A stretch of DNA of 32,000 nt from Candidatus Saccharimonadota bacterium (GCA_016700135.1 CP065004.1:60001-92000); one strand, 5' to 3'. Numbered from the stretch's first letter, positions 1-8,416 are shown. Notes: generated by a model from the sequence alone, not told the origin. Made by a program: numbers and translations.

Positions 1-406
1 TTTCATGCGTCTGGAGTCTCCCGATAGCAAGATCCATGGTGGGATCATCTTTTGCTTCCTGGGCAACTTCAATAAGTTTTTTGGCTGTTTTCGTAAGTTT
101 CATATGATCATTTTTCAGTGAAACGAGCATTTCTTTACTTTCCTTTTTGACATCTTCCGAGTCAATCTCGGATAATGACCGGAATTCGTCAAAAGTACCC
201 GGAGATTTGACTCCAATAGCCCGAAGTCTCTCGGCAATTTCATCAACTGCCGTAAACAGATCTTCGTACTGAGTTTGAAACATCTCATGAAGTGCATGAA
301 AATGAATTCCCGTCACATTCCAGTGATAATTTTGGGTCTTCAGCATCAGGATATAGGAGTCTGCAAGAAGGTTTTTAAGCGGTTGAGCGAGTTCGGTAGT
401 AGCCAT
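1..406 (-). CDS. dps: Dps-family ferritin-like protein (DNA protection/iron storage); C-terminus runs off the window edge
   Basis: Absent from the ORF track because it has no in-window stop. Hand translation from the ATG at 406..404 gives MATTELAQPLKNLLADSYILMLKTQNYHWNVTGIHFHALHEMFQTQYEDLFTAVDEIAERLRAIGVKSPGTF..., which matches the canonical Dps pattern (KTxNYHWNVxG, LHxxF). Confidence 0.85.
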   Translation of the reverse strand, partial: MATTELAQPLKNLLADSYILMLKTQNYHWNVTGIHFHALHEMFQTQYEDLFTAVDEIAERLRAIGVKSPGTFDEFRSLSEIDSEDVKKESKEMLVSLKNDHMKLTKTAKKLIEVAQEAKDDPTMDLAIGRLQTHE

Positions 407-519
407 ACTATTTCGATAAATTCATTAACTATCTATCTAATAGTATAAAACAATTGTAAGGAATCCGTGAGAAAGAAATGAACCTCGCATCATATAAGTA
501 TTTTCTGTATCATAGTAGT

Positions 520-1077
520 ATGAACAAGAAGAAAACGAATGCCAGACATCTGAAGCATCCTTTTCATGTCTCCTTTTTAACGTTGTTCCCCATTCTTTTG
601 CTTACCACGATATTGCTTTTCGGTACGGCACTTTGGAAGGCTACAACTGATCTTAAAATCATCGGACGCGGTTTAAGAACCGATATTCAGGAGCCTCAGA
701 TTCGTGATCAACTTGTGATGTATCGGGTACAGCAGGATGACACTTTGGAAAGTATTGCCGAAACGTTTGAAATAACGGTAGATACAATAAAATGGGCAAA
801 TACAATACCTGAAACCGGGATAGCGGTAAATATGATCCTGAGTATCCCTCCCGTATCAGGTGTAATACATGAGGTAGAAAGCGGTGAAACCACGGAGGAA
901 ATTGCATTTAAGTACAACGCAGACCCCCAAACGATTAAGGATTTCCCCTACAATGTCTTTGCCGACAATGAAAAAACGATCCCCGTTCCGGGTCAGCTAC
1001 TGATGGTTCCCGGAGGAAGAAAAGCGGAAGAAAAAGAAGATGTGCTCGGTGAATTTTTTAAGAGATTAGGGTTTTAG
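520..1077 (+). CDS. membrane-anchored protein with two LysM peptidoglycan-binding repeats
   Basis: ORF 478..1077. The likely start is MNKKKTNARH at 520, followed by a TM helix (FLTLFPILLLTTILLFG). Two LysM-like repeats are present: YRVQQDDTLESIAETFEITVDTIKWAN and HEVESGETTEEIAFKYNADPQTIKDF. Confidence 0.8.
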   Translation: MNKKKTNARHLKHPFHVSFLTLFPILLLTTILLFGTALWKATTDLKIIGRGLRTDIQEPQIRDQLVMYRVQQDDTLESIAETFEITVDTIKWANTIPETGIAVNMILSIPPVSGVIHEVESGETTEEIAFKYNADPQTIKDFPYNVFADNEKTIPVPGQLLMVPGGRKAEEKEDVLGEFFKRLGF

Positions 1078-1590
1078 TCTCCTTTTTATCAAACCGGACT
1101 CAACGCCGATAGTTATTATTATGCCTGCAATACTGATAATCAGGAAAAAAGCGCCGCAGTAAAAAAATATCGAACCGATTATTTCCGCTTTAGAAAGCAT
1201 GTTCATCTCTGTAAAAAGCCAATTCCAGTCGTGAATAAGACCGTCTGCAATGAGCGGAAGCTGACGAACCCGGGCATCGGCCATATAGGTCGCAACATTT
1301 ATCACACTGTCACCAAGCCAGAATATGCTGAAAAAAACACCCGGATATTCTTCTTTCAAGAGAAAATAAACTACAAATGATATCGGCACAATAATCTGTA
1401 GGAGAGAACCGCCCAGTATTTCAATAAATTTCCCGAATATCATAAAGACGATATGTCCTGCTTCATGAATAACCAGATTCATAGCATCAAGAAGTATCCA
1501 GGGAGGGTCCTGCGTCAGAAGCTGAAAGGAAAAAAACACAATGATACCAAACAGTATGATATGTCCTACCGCCGCTCCCGTTATTTTCAT
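1066..1590 (-). CDS. polytopic membrane protein with HExxH motif (putative membrane zinc metalloprotease)
   Basis: 174-aa ORF with several hydrophobic helices and a HEAGH motif (NLVIHEAGHIVF). I could not assign a family by eye. Confidence 0.55.
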   Translation of the reverse strand: MKITGAAVGHIILFGIIVFFSFQLLTQDPPWILLDAMNLVIHEAGHIVFMIFGKFIEILGGSLLQIIVPISFVVYFLLKEEYPGVFFSIFWLGDSVINVATYMADARVRQLPLIADGLIHDWNWLFTEMNMLSKAEIIGSIFFYCGAFFLIISIAGIIITIGVESGLIKRRLKP

Positions 1591-1648
1591 AATTCAAGTG
1601 TAACAAAAAACAGAAAATGATTTATTTCAGATATATTAAATACTATTT

Positions 1649-1657
1649 TGATATAAT
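1649..1657 (+). promoter_or_regulatory. extended -10 promoter element (TGaTATAAT) upstream of the small GC-rich ORF
   Basis: tg at 1649-1650 and tataat at 1652-1657. An AAGGAG Shine-Dalgarno at 1696-1701 lies 7 nt before the ATG at 1709. No good -35 element is present. Confidence 0.4.
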
Positions 1658-1708
1658 ATACTGCCCTGGAATTGCCAGGACATGCCATATATCCAAAGGA
1701 GAAAAATC

Positions 1709-1966
1709 ATGGCACAGTCAAGCGCACAGCAGTTGAATGATTTGCAGGCAGCAGCTCTCTGGGAAGGATCCCTTCTCACATACGGGGAGCTTGCTCAGTT
1801 GCTCGGTATCCCAACGGATGGGGAGACAGTCAACGGCGTTGATTTTTTCAATGCCTGTATGGGTGTCCAGAGCAACGAAGCAGTTCAGGCTCTGTCCTAC
1901 GAGGAGCGGATCCGGGCGATTGCATCAGCAGGCGCTGCGATGGATGAGCTGCAGTTTGGCAGCTAG
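1709..1966 (+). CDS. small hypothetical protein (85 aa) with a possible helix-turn-helix-like segment
   Basis: The ATG at 1709 follows a strong SD and lies within ORF 1682..1966. The product is MAQSSAQQLNDLQAAALWEGSLLTYGELAQLLGIPTDG.... The segment TYGELAQLLGI resembles an HTH recognition region. GC is about 55% by hand count, against about 38% in the neighbouring gene. Confidence 0.55.
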   Translation: MAQSSAQQLNDLQAAALWEGSLLTYGELAQLLGIPTDGETVNGVDFFNACMGVQSNEAVQALSYEERIRAIASAGAAMDELQFGS

Positions 1967-2090
1967 GGCAAACGGTTGGTCGCCGTATAAGACCAAAGGA
2001 GTGACGGCGTAAAGGGAGTATCTCTTCGCCTCAAAGCTTAGGTTTATGGGTTAGTCCCGAAAACCGTCATCCCGATCGTTCATTTATTGA

Positions 2091-3416
2091 TTAACGATAG
2101 GTAATGACAAGACGCACGGCACGTGCAGCACTTCCTTCAAAACTTGTTATTTTCTTTCTGGACCATCTGCTTCCGTTACCAACTCCGATCAAAGATATTG
2201 TGTTCGAATTTCCCCAGTCTGACCTATTGACTAGTTCCTGCAACGAACTTGAGATATCCGGTGAACGGTAGCTTTGATTTCTCTTCCATTGAACATTTTC
2301 ACTCATTCTTGCCGAATTAGTTGTTAACGTTCTACTTGAGGGCATTGAGCTATTGCTGAAAGCTGCACTATCTGCAGTATTTTCAAATGCGAAGGTCACA
2401 TCAACTGAGATCCACGAATTTCCGGACGAGTTCATCTCAAGATATGCGCTCATGATCTGGGCACTTTTCGGTAGAGAAACATCCTTGAATCTAAACGCTG
2501 AGTAGCTTTGTGATGCCAGTCCCCGACCGAGCCAGACCGAACGTCCGCCCCGATAGAGAAGAATATCCTCGTAGACGTCGTCATTCTTATCGGTAATTTG
2601 ATAGGTCACGGTCTGTTCTCCCTGCGGCGCAGTAGGTGATGGAACAGGTGTCTGAGTCGGTATCGGTGTAGTTGTGAGCGGTACACGAGTGGGTGTTGCC
2701 GTAGGTGCTCTTGTCGGTATTGCTGTCGGTGTTTTAGTCGGGGTGAGAGTGGCGGTCGGAGGCACAGGTGTCCATGTCGGCGCCGTAGTCGGTGTACTGG
2801 TTGGTACATTTGCCGAGGCCGGAAGTATCGTAATACCGGCATTTTCTGATGTACTCAAAATATCTGAAGGAATTTCTCCGGTTTCAACAATGTTGCTGTC
2901 ATCAGTCTGACCGGCAACGGCATTCCACGAAAGAGTGGTTTGCCCTTCAGTGATAGGTTCAAACAGCAATGTTGCTATGATTGTATTGCCGTTATACGTG
3001 CTGGGAACTCCCCCGTCTGTTGCTACGACTGAAAATGATACCAGGCCCGATTGTCTGGCCGTCGTCAGAACCGTATCTTTATCAAAACTACGATCTGTCT
3101 TTTGAGGTAAGAATGTTTGTAATGTCGTCGAACCGTCAAAAGGAACAATATCAATTAATCGAAGTATTGACGGAGAAAATGTGAGTGAAATATCCGCTCC
3201 GTAAATATCTGCATTATCCGTAGCTATTCGTATCGGAACACTAATAGGATCTGTTTGTCCTACCCGATACTCCGCATTTTGATTAACGGTAAAAGCCAAC
3301 ACTCCTTTGGCATTTGAAGCATTTGCCTGAATGAAAACATATGTTGCCCCACCTGCAATAACGGCAAGTGCTACAACGATTGCTACTGTTTTTCTGATTT
3401 TGGCTACATTATCCAT
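2091..3416 (-). CDS. secreted/anchored protein: N-terminal TM or signal, cohesin-like domain, Pro/Thr linker, C-terminal DNRLRE/CBM-like beta-sandwich
   Basis: 441-aa ORF with N-terminal hydrophobic segment VAIVVALAVIAGGATYVFI. The cohesin-like pattern is VPIRIATDNADIYGADISLTFSPSILRLIDIVP...GLVSFSVVA...IIATLLFEPITEGQTTLSW. The PT-rich linker maps to about 2630-2810. The C-terminal FRFKDVSLPKSAQIMSAYLEM pattern resembles DNRLRE-type domains. The start lies 1 nt after the upstream gene's stop, so the two are likely an operon. Confidence 0.7.
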   Translation of the reverse strand: MDNVAKIRKTVAIVVALAVIAGGATYVFIQANASNAKGVLAFTVNQNAEYRVGQTDPISVPIRIATDNADIYGADISLTFSPSILRLIDIVPFDGSTTLQTFLPQKTDRSFDKDTVLTTARQSGLVSFSVVATDGGVPSTYNGNTIIATLLFEPITEGQTTLSWNAVAGQTDDSNIVETGEIPSDILSTSENAGITILPASANVPTSTPTTAPTWTPVPPTATLTPTKTPTAIPTRAPTATPTRVPLTTTPIPTQTPVPSPTAPQGEQTVTYQITDKNDDVYEDILLYRGGRSVWLGRGLASQSYSAFRFKDVSLPKSAQIMSAYLEMNSSGNSWISVDVTFAFENTADSAAFSNSSMPSSRTLTTNSARMSENVQWKRNQSYRSPDISSSLQELVNRSDWGNSNTISLIGVGNGSRWSRKKITSFEGSAARAVRLVITYR

Positions 3417-3417
3417 A

Positions 3418-6400
3418 TTATCTTTTCGTAAAGATTCCTAATACCCGATCAAATAACGATGTGCTGCCGGTTGATTTCACTTCCTGAATCTGATTCAAGT
3501 CAGTGATATAGATAACCGGGTCTCCTTTGTACATATCAATCGTTCCGGTGATACGTACTTTCATATTCCCGTGATACTTTTTCATGGCTTCACCTTTCAG
3601 TTTATCGTATGCTTCATCCCGTATTCTTGCCAGGAATGTACCTGAGTGCGGTCTGGCAAACGTGATATATACTGCTTTTTTATTATCAAACACATCTACG
3701 ATGGTCCCTTCAACAGTTTTATTCTGACCGACAAATGAGAGCGTCGAATCTATCGGGATGATTGCCGGACCTGAAACTTCGATGTTCTCTTTTGCGTCTG
3801 ACTGCACTCCGGCAATGTTTGCAGCCCCTTCTGTGTCTTTTGCTAATGGATTGCCGCTCTCAAGAGCCACAACTGCTCCGTCAGTACTTCTAAAAAGTAT
3901 TATCCTGTCACTAATAACCCAGGATGCATAATCAACCCAGTACTGGTCATAAACTGCGGGTGAGTAAGATCCGTGGTATATATAGAATCCGGGTCCATCA
4001 AATGAGCGTCTATCACCCTCTTGATAGAGCGTGTCCGCGGTACAATAATGTGATGAACTGAATGTACAGTTTGCAGTAGCACTTGCATTCGTAGAGTTGA
4101 CGATATGTGGTAGTGATCGTGAGGTGATCGGTGAACCAAATGTTCCTTTTGATGAGTCTCTATTCTCAATAATCAAACCTTTCCCTGCCATCCAGTGAGC
4201 TCCAAAGAGATAATTTCCGGCCATACTGAGATACGGAGCTTCATCCGTCGGCATATTCGAAAGGCCTGTACCGTCCGGCCAACCAAAATTGTTGTAAGCT
4301 ATAAACCGCACATCGCCTGCCTCATAACCTGAGACTGTGGAACCGTTAAGAACCAGCTCGCCGAACTTAGAATCATCTCTTCCGTCAAATCCCGTACGAT
4401 TATCACCTCTTATCATCGCATAGGCTACCTCATTCCCATTGGCTTCTGTCTTTACAATTGGCATCGGTCCCATCGGCAAATAGTCACCGTCACCAAATCC
4501 TCCCCCGGTCATATTAACTTTGAAAGCTTCTTGACCTGTTGAAAGACTGAGTGCAAATACAGCTTGCTGTCCGGGATTGCTCAATAAGTTTTGTCTCATT
4601 GCGGCATTCGTTGTCGGCCACGGACTCCATGTCCAAATCGTGTTCCAATCCAATCGATAGGTAACCAGGACAATATCATTTGCCTCCGAGACAACGGGCC
4701 AGCCATATGCAACCTCTGCTTGATTGTTGGACATTGCGGTTCGTCCGTATGTCCCGCTTGACGGAAACTCTGTACGGATGGTTGGACGCACTCTCCAAAC
4801 ACGCGCTCCTGTCGCGGCATTGACTCCGTGAAAATAGAGATCACGAGCACCCGCAATAATCATTTTCCTGTTTGCAGCATATGTTGGTGGGGTATCTATG
4901 GCTACACCCGCATCATAGTACCATTGTCTTTCCATAGTAGCCTTATTCACCGCGTGTATACCGTTCCCCATTGAATAAATTACAATATTGTCAAGAATTA
5001 ATGGAGGAAGAGGAAATATGCTTGATGCATTCGGGTTATACGATGATGTAACTTGACCGTTTGCAGCGTTGAGTTTGTAAAGGACTCCGTTTGTTCCAAC
5101 AGCAAATACTGAGGAAGTTTGCGCATCATACGCAACTGTTGAGTTTATCGTCGCTCCCGTCCGCTGATTCCAGACGACCGACCCGTCAGAGCTTTTCAAT
5201 GCATAGACACCATTTGAACCTGCTGCCACGTAGACGCGTCCTCCTCCTGTTACCGGCTGCACGTTGCGTGGTAAGCTCATTTTTCCACTGACCACACCCC
5301 CGCTTGCATTGGCACCATTCCATGACCACTTCCATTTCCAAGGTGTCGGAACTTCAACTGAAGTATATGCAGTTCTTTGCGCATTTAATGCAAACTGCGT
5401 CCACTCATTTGAACCGGCTGAAGGCGGTAATGTCGGCTGTGGTTGCGTCGATGTCGGTGTCGCTGATGGTTGCGGAGCCGGTGTATTTGTGGATATCGGC
5501 ACCGGAGTGTTGGTCGGCGGTGCGACAGTCGGGACAACACTCAAATTTTTTGAAACAACAGCATAATCGAACGTATTGACGATTGCATCAATATACTGAT
5601 CGAGCGAACCTGTTGCCGGTTTGAACCAGTTACTAAATAAGGCAAGCACATCTTCGACGGTGACTGATCCGTCTTCGTTTACATCTCCGTTTCTCATGAT
5701 CGGAGTCGGAGTGACTGCAGGTGTATCAGTCGGCTGAGGTGCGACAGTCGGAACCCCGGATGAGCTCTCAATTTTAATAGCAAGATCCGTTGAAAGACCG
5801 GTGACATCAACAGCTGCTGTCCCGCTTTGTACAGTTACCGATTTTGTTGAAGTCACACTTCCCGATCTGGTATCAAAGTATGAAAGCCGGTACGTACCGT
5901 CAACAAGTCCGCTAAAAGTAAGTGTCGCGGATACTGCCTGTGGTGCCGAAGAAGCTTTCGACCAAATATTGTTCCTGTTCTGAATCCAAGCATAGAGAGC
6001 TCTGCCATCTTGTCGCCTCATCGCATAAGCTCTTACTGTAGTATTTGTGCTGAGAATCCGATCTGCGCCTGAGGAATATCCCGGCGGAAGGTCATTTGTA
6101 GTAGTATAAAATATCATGTTGCCGCCGTCATAGTCGACAGTTGAAAAGTACGTCGAAGCAGCCTTTCTTGCCGCATATTTGGCATTACGGGAAGTAGTGT
6201 CTTCTGCATCTTGAAACCAATCAAGCGGAGTGGTCCCCATCGGACTGAAAAGTCCCGTCCAAACAAGGTTATGTAGAAACCTTGCACCGGCTTCGCCACC
6301 TTGAATATTCTGTCCGTTCTGCTGAACTCCGATTTCACCCCATACCCATGGTTTTGCTGCACCCGACCAAGCGGAACCGTCACCCAATCCGAGTCCGTTA

Positions 6401-7131
6401 CAGTAGGGGCTTGACGGCCCTCTTGTGTCCGTCAAACACCAGGCAAATCTTTGAATCAGATTTACTTCATCGTTGGACATTGTCGTATACGGCGAACTCC
6501 TAAAGTCCAGATAATCATGATAATTGGCAAGGTCCATAGCACCCGATGACCAAAGTGCAGGGCTATAAGCTTGTGAATTCTGAGAGGTAGTTCTCAAATG
6601 ATGATAGATATCTGTCGATTTTTGGAACTGACCGTAATTCTGATAAAAAGTATATGTGCTGTCTCCCGGCGGTATATGACCGTGCTCATTGTGCTTCTCC
6701 CATGCCAATACTGCCGGCGAATATCCCCATCGTGCGACTCTATATCTGAAATTGCGTTGCCAGCTTTTTAAAACCCACGGTTCGCTCCAACTATATATAT
6801 CAGGGTCCTGAGGCCAGGTAAACCACGGTCCCGAACAGGAACAGAGTTGGATTTTTATGCCGTTTGCCTGTGCGCTTTCAATAATTTTGTCCAACTCATA
6901 TGATGTTTGCTGATTAAAGTAATTTCCGAATTCACGTGGGAGATTTCTGTCAGCATTCGGATCATTTCCGGGATTGTCTTTAGCAAAATGTCTCTCAATA
7001 CCGCCGTCAGTCAAAATGTTGTACGTTATTGATCCTCCGCTCAAGGGTCCCATCGAGACGTCATCAATATATATCGCACCCGCCGAAGAATTGTTTTCCA
7101 GAACTAATGAAACAGCTTCGGTTTTCGGCAC
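3418..7131 (-). CDS. large secreted multidomain protein, C-terminal part of a frameshift-split gene: rest of a GH5-like (clan GH-A) barrel, PT linkers, dockerin-like module, PQQ-like beta-propeller, C-terminal OB-fold-like domain
   Basis: 1237-aa ORF whose GTG start is probably artificial.
- GH-A-like motifs: NGIKIQLCSCSGPW and AWEKHNEHG.
- Dockerin-like EF-hand repeats: GDVNEDGSVTVEDVLALFSNW and DQYIDAIVNTFDYAVVSKNL, at about 5545-5697.
- PQQ/BamB-like repeats: GGRVYVAAGSNGVYALKSSDGSVVW and VFAVGTNGVLYKLNAANGQV.
- OB-like C-terminus: VEGTIVDVFDNKKAVYITFA...VRITGTIDMYKGDPVIYI. Confidence 0.8.
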   Translation of the reverse strand: MPKTEAVSLVLENNSSAGAIYIDDVSMGPLSGGSITYNILTDGGIERHFAKDNPGNDPNADRNLPREFGNYFNQQTSYELDKIIESAQANGIKIQLCSCSGPWFTWPQDPDIYSWSEPWVLKSWQRNFRYRVARWGYSPAVLAWEKHNEHGHIPPGDSTYTFYQNYGQFQKSTDIYHHLRTTSQNSQAYSPALWSSGAMDLANYHDYLDFRSSPYTTMSNDEVNLIQRFAWCLTDTRGPSSPYCNGLGLGDGSAWSGAAKPWVWGEIGVQQNGQNIQGGEAGARFLHNLVWTGLFSPMGTTPLDWFQDAEDTTSRNAKYAARKAASTYFSTVDYDGGNMIFYTTTNDLPPGYSSGADRILSTNTTVRAYAMRRQDGRALYAWIQNRNNIWSKASSAPQAVSATLTFSGLVDGTYRLSYFDTRSGSVTSTKSVTVQSGTAAVDVTGLSTDLAIKIESSSGVPTVAPQPTDTPAVTPTPIMRNGDVNEDGSVTVEDVLALFSNWFKPATGSLDQYIDAIVNTFDYAVVSKNLSVVPTVAPPTNTPVPISTNTPAPQPSATPTSTQPQPTLPPSAGSNEWTQFALNAQRTAYTSVEVPTPWKWKWSWNGANASGGVVSGKMSLPRNVQPVTGGGRVYVAAGSNGVYALKSSDGSVVWNQRTGATINSTVAYDAQTSSVFAVGTNGVLYKLNAANGQVTSSYNPNASSIFPLPPLILDNIVIYSMGNGIHAVNKATMERQWYYDAGVAIDTPPTYAANRKMIIAGARDLYFHGVNAATGARVWRVRPTIRTEFPSSGTYGRTAMSNNQAEVAYGWPVVSEANDIVLVTYRLDWNTIWTWSPWPTTNAAMRQNLLSNPGQQAVFALSLSTGQEAFKVNMTGGGFGDGDYLPMGPMPIVKTEANGNEVAYAMIRGDNRTGFDGRDDSKFGELVLNGSTVSGYEAGDVRFIAYNNFGWPDGTGLSNMPTDEAPYLSMAGNYLFGAHWMAGKGLIIENRDSSKGTFGSPITSRSLPHIVNSTNASATANCTFSSSHYCTADTLYQEGDRRSFDGPGFYIYHGSYSPAVYDQYWVDYASWVISDRIILFRSTDGAVVALESGNPLAKDTEGAANIAGVQSDAKENIEVSGPAIIPIDSTLSFVGQNKTVEGTIVDVFDNKKAVYITFARPHSGTFLARIRDEAYDKLKGEAMKKYHGNMKVRITGTIDMYKGDPVIYITDLNQIQEVKSTGSTSLFDRVLGIFTKR

Positions 7132-8183
7132 AAAGTCAAACGTAATCTGTTGCAGTTACTTTGTGTGCCTGAAAAAACCTGTGACTGAGCTAGGATTTGT
7201 CCTGATGTAAATAATGCTCCCGTTTTTACGTATATACGGGCCCCGGTGCCTGACAGACCTGAATACTTCACCCACGCAGTCAATCTGTGTGTGGTGTTTG
7301 GTTCTGAAATGGCTACCCGTTGATACCACGGATCCCCATTTGCAGGCCGTGCAGAACGCAGCCCATTTCGAACATTTGTTGTTTTTATCTCAACTCCGCG
7401 AGCTGCGAGATTCGGATCATTTTGGGTTTTCCAGACAGTCTGGGCCCCCTCAACACCTAAGGCAAAATCAAACTCGTCCCAGATACGAAGAAAATTTACG
7501 CCGTTATCTCCGTACGTCTTAAATAAATCATCATAGGAAAAACTTTTCTTCTCACGATCCGGATACCACTGACTTCCTGCCCCAATCGGAACATACGGTC
7601 TCCCGGAATCATAGGCCATGAAACGAGAGTCCTTCGTGCTGGTTCGTACAAATCCATCAGAGTTTGAATCACCGACTGCAAAACTCAATGTTCCTGTCTG
7701 AGGATAACGTGCTGTCCCTTCCTTGTCCTGCACGGTGAAGTAGTATATATACGTTCCGGTTTTTGAAGGTGTGTACCTTACTTTCCAGGTCGGAGACCCG
7801 ACTTTGCCTAAGACTTCCTGTCCGTCAACCAATACTCTTTTATACTCCTGATAATAAAACCCCGGAACTTTGAATGAATTACTACTCCCCGGCTCTGCGA
7901 TGACCATGTCGACCGATACTCCGTCTACCCCGTACCAGGTCATGTTCGATGGATTTGATTGAGGAGTATCAGAGGCGTCATAATAATAAAACGGATTAGG
8001 GTATTCTTTATTCACAGAAAGATCCCATTCAAGTTTGCTGAATTTTTGAAGTGTTCCCTGAGGTTGCGAAGCGGAGTTGATAGAAGGTGCAGCGGCTTCT
8101 ACTTTCATAGTGAAAGTCAAAGTAAAAGCCAAAATCAGTGCATAGATAAGATTCTTATTTAGCATCACTACACATGATCTCAT
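7104..8183 (-). CDS. N-terminal part of the same split gene: signal peptide, DUF5060-like Ig domain, start of the GH5-like barrel, CBM-like jelly-roll insertion
   Basis: 359-aa ORF; an alternative ATG lies at 8165. The signal peptide is MLNKNLIYALILAFTLTFTMKVEAAAP. The DUF5060-like pattern is FSKLEWDLSV...FKVPGFYYQEY...WKVRYTPSKTGTYIYY. GVNFLRIWDEF is a barrel strand. The CBM-like stretch HRLTAWVKYSGLSGTGARIYVKTG continues in the other frame as LQQITFDFVPKTEAVSLVLENNSSAGAIYIDDVSM. Confidence 0.75.
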   Translation of the reverse strand: MRSCVVMLNKNLIYALILAFTLTFTMKVEAAAPSINSASQPQGTLQKFSKLEWDLSVNKEYPNPFYYYDASDTPQSNPSNMTWYGVDGVSVDMVIAEPGSSNSFKVPGFYYQEYKRVLVDGQEVLGKVGSPTWKVRYTPSKTGTYIYYFTVQDKEGTARYPQTGTLSFAVGDSNSDGFVRTSTKDSRFMAYDSGRPYVPIGAGSQWYPDREKKSFSYDDLFKTYGDNGVNFLRIWDEFDFALGVEGAQTVWKTQNDPNLAARGVEIKTTNVRNGLRSARPANGDPWYQRVAISEPNTTHRLTAWVKYSGLSGTGARIYVKTGALFTSGQILAQSQVFSGTQSNCNRLRLTLCRKPKLFH

Positions 8184-8211
8184 ATTGAAAAATGAATTAC
8201 AAGAGGATAAT

Positions 8212-8329
8212 TGGCGGAGAGGGAGGGATTTACTGCTCGAAAAATCGTGAAGGTTGCTCCCAGCATAAACTTCGAATCCTACCCATCTTTGACAAGCTTA
8301 GTGCTGCAAGCACTGGGATTGGTGAAGTG
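8212..8329 (-). other. pseudo-3'-half module derived from tRNA-Ser(ACU): hairpin plus expanded T-loop plus an exact copy of the tRNA 3' end
   Basis: 17-nt exact direct repeat gcggagagggagggatt at 8214-8230 and 8329-8345. In RNA sense the module reads CACUUCACCAAUCC, hairpin CAGUGC-UUGCA-GCACU, then ...GAAGUUUAUGC..., then AAAUCCCUCCCUCUCCG followed by CCA. Confidence 0.6.
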
Positions 8330-8416
8330 CGGAGAGGGAGGGATTCGAACCCTCGGTGGTTTTGACACCACGGCGGTTTAGTAAACCGCTGCACTCGGCC
8401 ACTATGCGACCTCTCC
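8330..8416 (-). tRNA. tRNA-Ser, class II, with apparent anticodon ACU (A34)
   Basis: Hand fold:
- Acceptor 5' strand GGAGAGG, then UC
- D arm GCA-UAGUGGCCGAG-UGC, then A
- Anticodon arm GCGGU-UUACUAA-ACCGC
- Long variable arm CGUGGUGUCAAAACCACC
- T arm GAGGG-UUCGAAU-CCCUC
- Acceptor 3' strand CCUCUCC, discriminator G
- No encoded CCA. Confidence 0.85.

Noticed and set aside
1737-2012. 91-aa ORF overlapping the small GC-rich ORF in another frame
   Set aside because: It has no SD or promoter of its own. The 1709 frame has an optimally spaced AAGGAG. Long alternative frames are expected in GC-rich DNA.
2606-2910. ORFs 2606..2842 (-) and 2674..2910 (+), plus similar ORFs at 5264..5579 and 18190..18771
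   Set aside because: They lie in alternative or antisense frames across the Pro/Thr-linker coding DNA of much longer, well-supported genes. Their low-complexity G/V/R-rich translations are typical by-products of PT repeats.
8212-8416. A classical tRNA-targeted genomic island (attL/attR direct repeats), possibly covering the higher-GC 1.7-8.2 kb secreted-protein region
   Set aside because: The repeats are only about 100 nt apart. No integrase is present, and I found no further copy of the 17-nt repeat beyond the large genes.
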